Part shown: positions 42,515 through 53,964 of the stretch, in pieces
Layout: every line of letters begins with the position of its first letter
Position numbering within the stretch: the stretch's first letter is position 1
Assembly (NCBI GenBank): GCA_011109175.1
Contig: RDEW01000026.1
Span: forward strand, 451,695 to 515,694
Length of the DNA stretch: 64,000 nt
Source: Dicyema japonicum
Taxonomy: Eukaryota; Animalia; Dicyemida
Direction of reading: 5' to 3'
The notes under the pieces: model-generated
What the model was told of the DNA's origin: nothing
The model's input: only the letters and a program-made list of their open reading frames with translations
The model's database searches: none
Translations under genes and position numbers: made by a program

Positions 42515-42810
42515 AGTCTTTTCACGAAAGCCATAGTATTTATAGCTCCGCATAGGCAGGACACACACTTTATTTAAGTAAAGAACAGTTAATTTTAACT
42601 AATCGTAGAACCAAGGAATGATCTTCACTTTTTTTTCTTTTTCTTGTGTGTGGGTCCTTTCTAGACAATCCAGTTCCGCAGTGAGTATCCACTGATGACG
42701 GCGTCACTCGTCAAACACTTTTGGCATCGTAGATGCGTGGAACCTTCCACCAGGTGAACAGCAGCGAGAATCGAACCCGTAACCTAAGCCACTTTAGTTC
42801 GACACCTATT
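42515..42810 (-). mobile_element. tRNA-headed SINE, family A
   Basis: GGGTTCGATTCTC B-box, core, and tail nearly identical to fragment 54414-54468. Confidence 0.8.
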
Positions 42811-43228
42811 AATTACTTGGTAGGTTGAAATAAACAATTTTCTTTGTCGAAAAATGTTTCACGAGTCATAAACTTGGAATTGCTCTGTTGGTGGTTAACC
42901 TGTCAATGGAAGAACGAAAAATGACCATTGATCACGATGCACTTGCGTAGGTCAATATTTGTCAGACAAACAGTCGGTAGATACGTTGCTTCCAAGAGGT
43001 TTTAAAAAAGATATTTAGGATCGTCATTTTACTCATCACTGCAACCGACTTTCCACGTTGAATGTTATATTACTGGAATAATCGTGCAATTAAAGAGGAT
43101 TCTTGGTATGGTATTGTAGTCCCTTTTAAAATTAAATTACTCCAAAGACCAAGGGTAACCAAACTAACTAACTCCTTGATCCTGAGTCGTTCCAGCATTC
43201 CAGAACTTGTCCCTCGGTAAAGAATAGT

Positions 43229-43291
43229 TGGATCTTCTTGATGCCGGCCAGGCATTGGGCGTCTCCTCAGTAAGGTGGATCCAGTGACGTC
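43229..43291 (-). ncRNA. Pseudoknot RNA motif (HDV-like topology), copy 3, in a short Vingi-derived element
   Basis: GACGTC/GACGCC, TGGATC/GATCCA, CCT/AGG, ATGCC/GGCAT, linker CAAGAA. Confidence 0.6.
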
Positions 43292-43446
43292 ATCGGAGGA
43301 AGGAAAATAATTTTTGACAAACTAGCCACATAGCACCACGTGGCCAAATCAAATTATTTAATAAAATAAATTTAAAATAATTTTATTTAAAAAGATTAGT
43401 TAACCAGGAAGTACTTAATAATTATATTCAAATATTGTTGTGTTGG

Positions 43447-44836
43447 ATGGCGGTTTTAGTCTAATTAACTCTTAAGAATTCTACCTTTCTTGAATTTCTA
43501 TGCGAGTACAACACACTGAAATGTCACTTGTTGATATTAGAGAACAATAATAAATCAGAAACTGTAAGTACAATAATAAAATACAGAGTCCTCCAAATTT
43601 CTCAAAAATTGAAAAAAAAATATTAAATTTACAGAATCTGAGTAAAATGATATTTTCAAAAACTAATTTTCAAAATAAAACAGTGAATTTATTTTCAGAA
43701 ATGAGTAAGAAATACAAATCAGTGCCCCCAAAAGATAAAAAGAAGAGTTATAATAACTTATATTTTGTAGAGAGAGTCACCTTTATGGAGAAGTCCACTG
43801 ATGTGATTGTCTTTAAATATTTTTAGTTTAAACTCAAACAAAAGAAAATGCCCGAGTGGCAAGATATTCCAGTCTTAGATATTTTCAATGAGATTGATCA
43901 AGTCATCTTTCTAAACTCTAAGGTATCATGTCGTGAAATGTTAGTCTTTGAAACAACAAGAGGACTCGTATTCCATGTCAATGTCTGAAAGTGAGTACAA
44001 TAAACTATCCAAAGAAATCAGAGAAGTAATATCAAATGACGAGGACGAGGCTGCAGAACACAAATATGTTTGTTTGATTGTAATTCAAGCTTGACTGGCT
44101 TAATAAATGTTCTAAAAATGTGGACAGTCTGCACCAATTAATCGACAAAAATGAAAATCAGATTAATGTCAGTTTATTTAGTAATTTTGTGTTTAACTTA
44201 GATTTGATGGGGAAATGGTTGGAAATGTGTGTCAATTTGATTGAAAATTTTTCCATTTCCTTGAAATCCATTTATGTCTTTACGCTTTTTGTAGAACTTC
44301 AATTTTTCGTTTACGAACTGTTTAAACAGCTGAACCAATCATTTAGTTGTATCAACGAACTTGAATGTGCCTTGAATCAATTTTATGTTGTCCCACGTGT
44401 TCTATTATAGGCTTCTGATGATAAGTTGTTGTCGTTGTTGAATAAAATGAGGACTGATATGAAATGGATTGACTTGGGACAGCTTAGGTATAGTGAAAGT
44501 GCTCTATTTCGAGTCACTATTATTGCCATAACCAAGAAGGTAGCCCAGCTTTTTAAAAAGTTATATTTATATGAAATTGGTAGGAAAAGTACAGTTTTCA
44601 AACAGTGGACAGAATGTCTCCGAATTTGGAAGACAGATGGGAACTCGAAAGACATTAAAGACCTCATGTTTGATAAGGCGTCTCCTGAATCAAAATTATT
44701 GGTTCTTAGAGAAATAGTATGTGATAAGTCACAGGACGATTGCTTTATTGAGTCTACTGTAGACGTGAAAGAACATGCTATTATGCCAATGATTCTCTTC
44801 TTATTATATGTAGTTTACACAGTTTTGTTAAATTAA
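43447..44836 (+). CDS. Unknown multi-exon protein with C-terminal transmembrane anchor
   Basis: ATG after AT-rich tract; regular tiny GT-AG introns; ends AIMPMILFLLYVVYTVLLN*. Confidence 0.65.
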
Positions 44837-45319
44837 TAACATTTAATTTTAGAGTTTATTAATTATACCTTCTAATCTTCACAACCCCTTACTTCACCCT
44901 TATAAGCACCAGAATTTTACCTATCATTTGTATGATCAGACTAGTCTCTATTCTCCTATTCGATGACAGACTCCGTAGATTGCTGAGGTCTTCACCGTCT
45001 CTTCTCGGGAACCGTTATACCAGACGGCCTCTGAACTTTTGCCCAGATGTTTCAATGAATTCTTCCATGATGATGTTTGATAGCCCAAATATTTTTTTGT
45101 TGTTTCCTGAATACGGATGAGTTTTCGTAGAACACAATTCTTTTCTGACAAGGGTCTGCAGACCCCGGCCTCTCCTAAAACAACTTCAGCTCTAATGCTT
45201 TTCCTCTGACTCCAATAAGGGTCAGTAAATTCAACTTTCTGCTATGACAATATTAATAATTATTAAATTATTACTTATTTATTAAAATAATTTTACAATG
45301 TGGCGAACCTACATTACAT

Positions 45320-45710
45320 TGGCCTTCTAGCTGAACGAACGTATGACATCGGATCTGAAGTTCCTGGGTTCAAATCCCAAAGATGGAGTTTTCAGCGAAG
45401 GTCAATTCTTGTTAAACAGATCCCACCAGTAAGGCGACGAGTCCTTCTGGCACGACACAGTTGTTAAAAGGGATCTTCCTACCTTTCATCTTGAACAAAT
45501 ACTCTGATGAAGATTGCATTATGAAAACTATTCCGCTAAAGAATGAAGTGATGTTCGCGACGGTAGGACGTGGGACAAAAAATGAAAGAGGTCGGACCTA
45601 CTTCTCCACCTCTCTTCGGAAGCGAAAGCCTGTACTGTAGTATTGGAAGATGGATTTCATGCGTTTGCCACTTTCTTGTGGTTGGCTGTTTGTGTTTATT
45701 TTGCAGGAGA
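45320..45710 (+). mobile_element. tRNA-headed SINE, family B
   Basis: GGGTTCAAATCCC B-box plus shared body. Confidence 0.8.
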
Positions 45711-46349
45711 TTCATCGCTTTGTCGTAGGAGATTTTGCGCTATCAAAAGAACTGTTATTCGTCAAGTTGTAAAAGACTGCAATGTTGGCAAGTTTGCAGT
45801 GCCTTCCAAACAGTCCCTCTATCGAAAATGATGGTTTCGGATGACAAGAGTGGATAAGGCACATTCGAAAGGCTGTGTTTTTACACAATCAAACGCCTCA
45901 CTCATCCATATGTAAATTTGTGCTATTATTTTTTTGTAGGTGTTAGTCCGTTTCTGAGATATCGAGGGATTCCGGGCTACAACACCATTGTGAAAAATAC
46001 GAGACGGTGAAGAGAACGGAGATATACGGTGAAGACAACCTGGAAAGTGTGGATAATATTGCTGAATTAACAGAGCCAGACGGTAAAGACAGCCCCGAAA
46101 CATATAGTAAAGGTTTTTGCCTATAATTATACAAAAGGTGATTACACTTTGATTTTCTTCGGGTAGACTTGAATTCTCCTTACGTATTCAGAAGGACTAT
46201 GGAACCAATCCTTCACTACGTCTTCAAAGGTTTGAGCATCCCTACGGAGATGCTGTCACTATTGTTGCAAAATTGTCTAACAATTTTGTCAATGTTAAAG
46301 ATAGTTAGGGATAAAAATATAATTATCAATAATTAATGTTTGCTTTGAA

Positions 46350-46530
46350 ATAATTGACAACTGGAGGAATAAGTGAAAAATCGCTTCGCTTCCTAAAGAA
46401 ACTTGGACGCTTAGCTACACTAAAAAACCACGACGCACGTGAGACCCGGTGGCTACTCCAGTTGATCTCTGTTGCAATCGTGAGAGGCAACGCAACGTCG
46501 ATAATGTCGGCGGGGTCCACTTTGGATGGA
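46350..46530 (+). mobile_element. CRE-clade 3' fragment
   Basis: FLKKLG..ETRWLLQLISVAIVRGNA. Confidence 0.65.
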
Positions 46531-46797
46531 TGGCAGTTTTAAATAATTGATTATTTCATTATCTGACGATGATTGACATTGATTTCAGCTATCAAGGTAA
46601 CGTCTGTGGCTCGCGACATATTATTTCCACCATATAAGAACTAGAGAGTTATTTATGCTGCAATACGCGAGACATATGGAAGACTCGAAAACATACAAGA
46701 ACTTACTCAGAACAGGATAATTAACGAAATTGTTATGGACGTGGAGGCTAGGGAAGCTTAACTTTCTGACTTCTCAGGAGTACTTGAAATAATAATA

Positions 46798-47722
46798 CAG
46801 TCGGACCTCGAATCAAAGTGTTCCATAAACTGAGGTTGATCCAAAAACTGAGGTTCTGTCAAAAAATTAACAAAAAAATTAATATAAATTTATAATTTAA
46901 TTAATGAAAGACAGTCTTAAAAATCATTATTGAAAAATAATCATCAATTCTATTTCCATATCCATAGTTTTTATTCAAACTACTGAATAAATTTTGTCTG
47001 AAGCAGTAAAAATCCTTTAACGAACTTGGAACAATATCTATAACTGATTCTTCCAATTCATTTTTTACTACTTCTTTGATCGTCATCTTTTTATTTTGCA
47101 TACCATTATAAAAATTTTTTAATTATCGCTGCTTTCCGGAATTTCCAAAACTTCGTCTACAATTCGTTCTATAACCTTCCGTCAGATTATCAGAAACAAC
47201 AGGTATTATCCCAGTAATTTTTAATTATTTTACAGGACACCTTTTGCTAAGATTTCGATACTATTATCAATGATTGTCGTAAATTAATTTTTTAAAGTGA
47301 TTTGCAAAAAAAGTCTTCTTTATGCAACAAATAAATTCAATTAACGCCTTCGAATAATTATCTTTAAAAGCTTTGATTATCCCATTGTCCAATGGTTGAA
47401 GAATTGGTGTTGTATTTTTTGGTAAAAAAAGCAATTCGATATTTGATTAGCATTTATCTTCGTTACACGAAGCATTGTCAAGAAGGATTAAAATTTTTTT
47501 CAATTTTCATTCGTCCATTTATTAAAAATAACCATTGATTAAAAAGTATCTCTTGTCATCCAGGCATTTCTGGATGACGAGTACATAGCACAATAATCCT
47601 CTGGGTTAAAAGTTATGAAACATCTGGGATTTTTAAATTTCCCAATTAATAAAGGATCAAATTTCTCGACAGAATAACTACAACAAAAGAGAAAAGAAAA
47701 TTTTTCCTTAACTATTTTAGAC
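46798..47722 (-). mobile_element. Tigger/pogo transposase remnant
   Basis: TA-CAGTCGGACCTCG terminus; [29 protein letters not shown]. Confidence 0.8.
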
Positions 47723-49037
47723 CAGCGCTTCTCGATTCGTTTTGAGTTTGCAACCCCAAATTATAAATCTAAGAGAATTCGAATTTTATTCAAAAAATTA
47801 GTCAGGTTCCTTGAGACTTTTCATGTCTTTTAGTTTTAGTTAATTCTTCGAAGCGTGGTTTTTTGTTCGCTAATGCAATTCTGAGATCGTTTTCAGGAAT
47901 TAGAGCGTTTCGGTACTTATTTTTTCATATATAGTAGAGATGAATATTCAGATTCACATAGCCAAGTTGTTGCAAATGGAACCAGAACTTCCAGTGCATT
48001 TTTTGCAAGGGTCGGAAAACCAAATTGCAAACCGCACCAAAAAACCTCCAAAGAATTTGAATCGTATAACATTTTCAGTGATGTAGATGATTGCATTTCA
48101 ATCAAATTGTCTTTATTCTCCTTTCTATCCTCCATCTTTTCTATTTGAAAGCAAATGGGTTAACAATCCAGGCATCAGAATCTTTAATATTTCCGATTAA
48201 GAAATACCCACAAAATGAAAGTTTTAAACATTCAAGATGATTACTGATTTCTTTTTTAATATTTTTATCTAAAGTCGAGTTGAATTCAATAGAAATTTCA
48301 CCCAGCGTTGAAAAATTTCCAAAATTATTGTTTAGAATACGTCGAGTCCACAATAACAGTTTATTCCTGAAGGCACGTAGATTGTCAGAAGCATTTATAA
48401 TGCTCATCTTGAAAGATTCTACTCGTTAAGGTGATTGAATATGTCAGCCAAATATTCCACACAAATTACAAAATTTGGAGATTTGAAACAATCAGAGTTA
48501 ATTTCAAATAAAAATTGTTCGATATCACGTCTGAGAATTAAAAATCTTGTTAAAACACGGCCTCTTGACAGCCATCTAACATCAGTATGGATTGAAATCT
48601 TGATACAAGAATTCTTTATGTCTGAAACAACTTGTTAAGAATATCATCGTTGATACAATTAATTCGATCCCTGATACAACTATTAGGAAAAGGAATCTGC
48701 TGCAGTTTTCGAGAGGCGTCTGGACAGAACAGTTTTCACAATTTCCAATGCACACGGCTTAATAAGAGTCTCCGGAATAGTATGTAGCATCTTTGATTTC
48801 GCAACTTGATGTGCAAATTTGAATGACGCCAACAGTAACGGTTTGTCAATGGGGGTAAACCCAAGCTTCGGAAGAGTTCCTTAGATATCGTATCGTGCCC
48901 ATTTAGCCTTCAAACATTCAAAATCATTTCTGGCTTCGATTTTGATGTTAGCTGCGTGGCACAATGTGGTGTTTCGTGACTAATTGGTTGAAGTTAATGC
49001 TTGTTCGTCTGTTCCTCCTCTATCTTCCTATTAGAGT

Positions 49038-49100
49038 GGCGTCATGTGATCCACCTGTCTAGGTGTTGCCCAGTGCCAGGCCAGCACTAAAAAGGATCAT
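49038..49100 (+). ncRNA. Pseudoknot RNA motif (HDV-like topology), copy 1
   Basis: GGCGTC/GTTGCC, GTGATCC/GGATCAT, ACCT/AGGT, GTGC/GCAC, linker TAAAAA. Confidence 0.6.
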
Positions 49101-49240
49101 TTGCTCTCCCCACTCCACTGGAGGAATTTCCACAACTGCAAGTATGGACGTCTTACCCTTTATGTTGATTCCGGATGATATTTCTGTAGAAGTGGAAACT
49201 GGATACACTTAATTAGTTGTTTACTTTAACTAAAATTTTT

Positions 49241-52216
49241 ATGACGTTGTGGCTCACCAAGAGGTGTCATTTGGTTGTGCCTGTGCCCTACACAGCACAC
49301 ATGAAAAAGAACCACACTATTTCCCTATCGTCTCTCTTCAAGGAGATCTCGATGGCGACCATTGAGCGGGCACGAAGCTTTCGCTCCCAAGAATCCCTCC
49401 TGACATCCGGTGACATTGAACTAAACCCAGGGCCGCAGAATAGACCCATCAGAATCTTACAACTTAACATCAATGGAATCACCTCGAAACATACCGAATT
49501 GGCTGAGTACTTGGTTAAACACCGTATTGACATTGCCCTTCTACAGGAGTCACGTTTGTCTGCCTTCTCCCAAACACCAAAATTCAAATACTACTCTTTG
49601 CTCCGTTCTGAGCGATCAAATGGATCTCACGGTGGTGGCCTGGTCACCCTCATTCACAACTCCATCCCATTCACGGATACCACTGACCACACATTGACAG
49701 CGGCTTCTGATAAACATATGGAATTGCTATCAATCACCATCAATATTATGTCAACTCCTTACACAATTCTGAATATCTACATTCCCCCTTCGTCTTGCTG
49801 CCAGAAGAGTTACCGACCAAACCTAGAATTCCTTCAACTATACGAAAACATAGTTATTTGCGGCGATCTAAACGCTAAAGATCCACTATGGTTCCGAAAC
49901 CAGAATTCGGACCACAGAGGGAAACAAGTGATCTCTGAACTGGAACACCTAGTGATATTGAATAACCCCCGCCAACACACGAGATGTGGAACACGCCCTG
50001 GGGATCCTAACACGTCTCCCGACCTCTCCATATGCTCAGCTCCCCTTGCAAAATCGATCTACTGGGATGTCAGATATGACTTACCCTCAGATCATAACCC
50101 TATTCTGATCGACATCTTCTTGCATTTCGGACGAACTATGTCGAGGCGAACCTATGTGAACTACAAAAGGGCGAGATGGATCGACTTCACGGTTGACGTC
50201 GAAACGTCGCTGGAAAACTTCTCTGTGAATAATTTTACCTCTCCAGACAAAGCCATTGCACATTTCAACTCAGCCATCCTTTCGGCGGATAGAAAGCACG
50301 TCCCTAAAGGATTCATCCATGATTACAAACTATTTTTCAACAAAGAAATATTGGATCTCATCTGTGAGAGAAGACGCCTAAAACGTTCCCGAACAACCAA
50401 CCAGCAACTCCAAGATGAAATTTCTTCCCTAAACAAGAAGATAACCCACCTCATTACGGAGCTCAAAAAGGAGAAGTGGTCCACTTTCGTCTCTCGATTG
50501 AATCCAAAATCAAAACCCCAAAGTTTCTGGAGATTTATCAGAGAAATACAATCAAATCAAACCGAATCGAGCACAACCCATGGAGGTAGACTTGGAAAGG
50601 ACAACCAAACGAAAGATTTCCACTGCCAGGCAAATGACTTGATGACTCACTATTGCAAAATGAGTCATATTCCAATGAATAAAGAAAATCGACCTCATAT
50701 TACTAAACCCCCAAGGGTAACAAAGGCACGATTCGAAGTATCAGTAAGTCATGTTCAAAACCTCATTACAAACTCAAGAAACTCACCAGCCACGGGACCC
50801 GATCGGATCAGCATATTCCACCTAAAGCACCTCGGTCCAAACGGGCTCTTGGCACTTAAAGATATCTACGAATTCTCCATCAACAGGTGTTTCATCCCGA
50901 TGTTATGGAAGAAGTCGAACATTATCCCAATACTCAAGAACAACAAAGCCTCCTCCTTGCCCTCTTCGTTCAGGCCAATTTCCTTAACATCTGTTGTCTC
51001 AAAAATCCTCGAAAGGATCATTCTTAACGAAATCACCCCCTACCTCGACCTCTCCGACTCACAACATGGTTTCCGTCCTTTACACTCGACCACCACGCAC
51101 TTACTGACACTAACCCAATACATCTCCAACGGTTTCAACAACTGCAAACCCCCGGAACGAACTGTCTTGGCCTCTATTGACCTAACTAAAGCTTTCGACA
51201 GAATCTCCCGTGTGGTCCTCTGCAACAAGATCTATTCTTCAAATATTCCCTCTGTATGGAAGTCATGGCTCACAAATTTCCTCTCGGGAAGACTGGGTCA
51301 TACGTGTCTATATTCAAATCTATCAAGATATCGACTCCTACCAAACGGTGTTCCCCAGGGATCAGTCCTTTCACCCTCACTTTTCAACCTTTACGTCAAA
51401 GACATCCCAACAACCCAAAATACGTTACTATTGACATATGCCGATGATCTAGTAATCGCATCCAGGAGTGGCGATGTTCGACTGGCCACCGAAAAAGTGC
51501 AGTACCACCTGAACTTGCTATCCGACTGGATGAACTTAAACTGGATGAGTGTTTCCACCTCGAAGTCATCAGCTACCCTGTTCACAACCGATCGAAGACA
51601 ATTCAACCTAAACCCCACACTCTCGTTGGGTGACGAACCACTCCCCTTAAATAAATACCCGAAGATCCTTGGAGTTGTCTTCGATCCTTCACTCTGTTTC
51701 AACAGACAAGTGGAGGAAGTAATGACAAAAGCCAAGCGGAAACTTAACATATTACGGGCAGTAGCTGGCCACTCAAACGGTCAGCAAAAAGAAAACTTAA
51801 CTCTTCTCTACAAACAGTTCATCAGGACTACACTCAACTACGCCTCACCAAGTTGGGCCCCCTCAATCTCCTTGTCCCTTTCTCAAGAACTGCAGAAAGT
51901 GCAAAACTCGGCGCTGAGAATAATAACTGGCTGCTTAAAGTCAACCCCCACCGACCATTTACATTGGGAGTCGAAAATCCTCCCGCTCTATGACCACCTG
52001 GAAATGCGTAATTTACAATTCCTACGGCAGTCGTTCGACCCGAATCACCCAGTTCACGCTTTGCTAAGTAACAATAACCGCAGATACATACGCAGGACCC
52101 TCTTTGACCTACAAAGAGCCTTGTCGAAGATCACCCCCCCTCAAGAAGACTCAACTTGGACCCGCCGAATCCATGATTTTATCTCAACACGGGCCATTAA
52201 GGACACTTCAATATAA
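49241..52216 (+). CDS. 2A-like peptide + AP endonuclease + reverse transcriptase polyprotein
   Basis: LLTSGDIELNPGP; ILQLNING, LQES, CGDLNA, SDH; GVPQGSVLSP, YADD; C-terminus frameshifted; start codon uncertain. Confidence 0.92.
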   Translation: MTLWLTKRCHLVVPVPYTAHMKKNHTISLSSLFKEISMATIERARSFRSQESLLTSGDIELNPGPQNRPIRILQLNINGITSKHTELAEYLVKHRIDIALLQESRLSAFSQTPKFKYYSLLRSERSNGSHGGGLVTLIHNSIPFTDTTDHTLTAASDKHMELLSITINIMSTPYTILNIYIPPSSCCQKSYRPNLEFLQLYENIVICGDLNAKDPLWFRNQNSDHRGKQVISELEHLVILNNPRQHTRCGTRPGDPNTSPDLSICSAPLAKSIYWDVRYDLPSDHNPILIDIFLHFGRTMSRRTYVNYKRARWIDFTVDVETSLENFSVNNFTSPDKAIAHFNSAILSADRKHVPKGFIHDYKLFFNKEILDLICERRRLKRSRTTNQQLQDEISSLNKKITHLITELKKEKWSTFVSRLNPKSKPQSFWRFIREIQSNQTESSTTHGGRLGKDNQTKDFHCQANDLMTHYCKMSHIPMNKENRPHITKPPRVTKARFEVSVSHVQNLITNSRNSPATGPDRISIFHLKHLGPNGLLALKDIYEFSINRCFIPMLWKKSNIIPILKNNKASSLPSSFRPISLTSVVSKILERIILNEITPYLDLSDSQHGFRPLHSTTTHLLTLTQYISNGFNNCKPPERTVLASIDLTKAFDRISRVVLCNKIYSSNIPSVWKSWLTNFLSGRLGHTCLYSNLSRYRLLPNGVPQGSVLSPSLFNLYVKDIPTTQNTLLLTYADDLVIASRSGDVRLATEKVQYHLNLLSDWMNLNWMSVSTSKSSATLFTTDRRQFNLNPTLSLGDEPLPLNKYPKILGVVFDPSLCFNRQVEEVMTKAKRKLNILRAVAGHSNGQQKENLTLLYKQFIRTTLNYASPSWAPSISLSLSQELQKVQNSALRIITGCLKSTPTDHLHWESKILPLYDHLEMRNLQFLRQSFDPNHPVHALLSNNNRRYIRRTLFDLQRALSKITPPQEDSTWTRRIHDFISTRAIKDTSI

Positions 52217-52719
52217 CAAAGTCTTGGAGCGCTTCCCCCTGATATCAGTCCAACGGAACAATCGCTCCCGAGGAAGATCAGAATCGGACTGGCTCGCCTA
52301 CGATGTGGACACCACCCTTTTCTGGCTGGCAGAGTAGTTCGAGACCTTTTTCCCTGCCCTGGACCACCGGATGCAAAAGTCGAGGATCTCTGGGAGCGGC
52401 CTGTCAGGACTGCACGCTCTTTGATGGTCGCCGGCTTCCCACTTGCTGGCGAAGCCGGGGTTAATAATTTAACTTATTTCTCGGTGTATCCGGGAATAAT
52501 AAATAAAAATAAAATCATTTCCTGAACGTTTTCCATCAATAATTATCTTCGTAGAGCCATATTCAACATAGTCTTCTTTCCATTTTCGAATTTTAACACA
52601 CGTTGACATAATTAACCACGAGTTTTATTTTTTTATTCAAATTTTTCTAACATTTAATAATAAATTATAAGAAAATATAAATGTATTTAATTTCCCTTAT
52701 TTTATTATAAGAATATATA

Positions 52720-53964
52720 CAGTAAACTCTCTCAAATTTGCCATTTTTGGTTTCAGCGAGATTGTGGCAAATTTAAGAATTGGCAGATTTTAGAATAAAA
52801 TTTTATTTGAATTTTTAATTAATTTATTAAAGGATAATTAAACTTTTAAAATTAATAAATTTTATTTTTAAGGAAAACAATATTTTTAACCAAAGAAACA
52901 AAAACTATTTAAATTTTATTAAAATAATACTCAATTCCCAATTGCCTCTTATTAGAATTTGTAATATTTTCTTTATATCTTCTATAGAAGTAATGAATTA
53001 GGCATCATTGACATTTTCAATGTTTCTAGAAGATAATTTTTAATCTTTCTTAATTTTAAAAGCATTTCAGCCTTGTTTAATGACCCATGTACTTCTACAC
53101 TACCGGATTCTTCTTGTTCCTCCATAGCAATTAATTTCTCTTCATCATCAATTGCATCCTTTTCACTGTAATCAATTGAAATAAATTCTTCGAATTCAAT
53201 AGGATCATAAATATCTGTTCTGGATACGATTTCATCTGTTACATTTATGTTAGTAAGTTCTGATTCGCATTCTGTACGTTCTAGACGTTTAAAACAGTTT
53301 GAAATTTTTTTGAATTTCACATCTTCCCATGCCATTTTTACAAAAAATACAGTATTCCTAAGATTTATCTTCTTATATGATTCATATACTGAGTTCTTCT
53401 CGCATTCCAATATATCCGTTAAATGTAGTAATTTATGCCTTGTAAAATGAACTTTGAATGATTTGATGATTTTCAGATCCATAAATCGAAAGATTCTGCC
53501 TTGTGTAATATTGAGAATCGTTCAATAAAGCACCTTAAATGTTAGAGTAAATAGTGTACCTTTTGATTCCATCCAATCTACTAGATTTTCATCAAGCTCC
53601 GGGTTTTTAATTTTTACAAGTTTTTAGTTTAGGATTTCTGTTTTTGAACTGAAATAAAAGCGATTCTGCATTCATTAATATTGCATTGACTGTTTTTCTT
53701 GAGATTCTCCTTTTAAAAATAGAAAAAAATCTGTTGCATTTCGTCTGACATGAAGCTGATTTATTGGTTTCTTTATACCCAATATTTCCACTTTTTGAGC
53801 AATTGAAAGTCTGGTGTAGCCTCCAACAGGAACATTCTGACCCATGCTTGCTTTAAATTATTTAGAATTTTAAAAATATTTAAAAAAATAAAAATAATTT
53901 TTAAAAATGTTGGCAAATTTCAGAATGGCAAATTTAAGAGTGGCATATTTGAGAGAGTTTACTG
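52720..53964 (-). mobile_element. Tigger/pogo element with both TIRs, internally deleted
   Basis: CAGTAAACTCTCTCAAA...TTTGAGAGAGTTTACTG flanked by TA; HTH remnant and MDLKIIKSFK..AWEDV; DDE core missing. Confidence 0.9.

Larger units (their letters stand above)
48931..52510 (+). mobile_element. Near full-length Ingi/Vingi-type LINE with 11-bp TSD
   Basis: AAAATCATTTC at 48920-48930 and 52511-52521; single APE-RT ORF, no RNase H, RLRCGHH and LWERP C-terminus, AAT/A-rich tail. Confidence 0.92.
47723..52680 (-). mobile_element. Buster-type hAT transposon remnant interrupted by a Vingi LINE
   Basis: CAGCGCTTCTCGATT terminus after TTTTAGAC; transposase pieces RKWKEDYVEYG, HTIPETLIKP, VRWLSRG, PFATTWLCESEYS. 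Confidence 0.85.

Noticed and set aside
42690-42716. CTGATGA...CAAA hammerhead-like core in SINE A (plus strand)
   Set aside because: No GAAA after stem II, and CTGATGA is not conserved in other copies (CTTATGA, CCGTTGA)
44900-45250. Small minus-strand gene convergent with the unknown gene
   Set aside because: Resembles decayed RTE RT sequence similar to 45960-46100
45320-45380. Functional tRNA gene
   Set aside because: B box present but no complete cloverleaf; it is a SINE head, as at 6420, 13335, 25605 and 42770
45503-45530. CTGATGA...GAAA in SINE B
   Set aside because: No stem II pairing; absent from the other two copies
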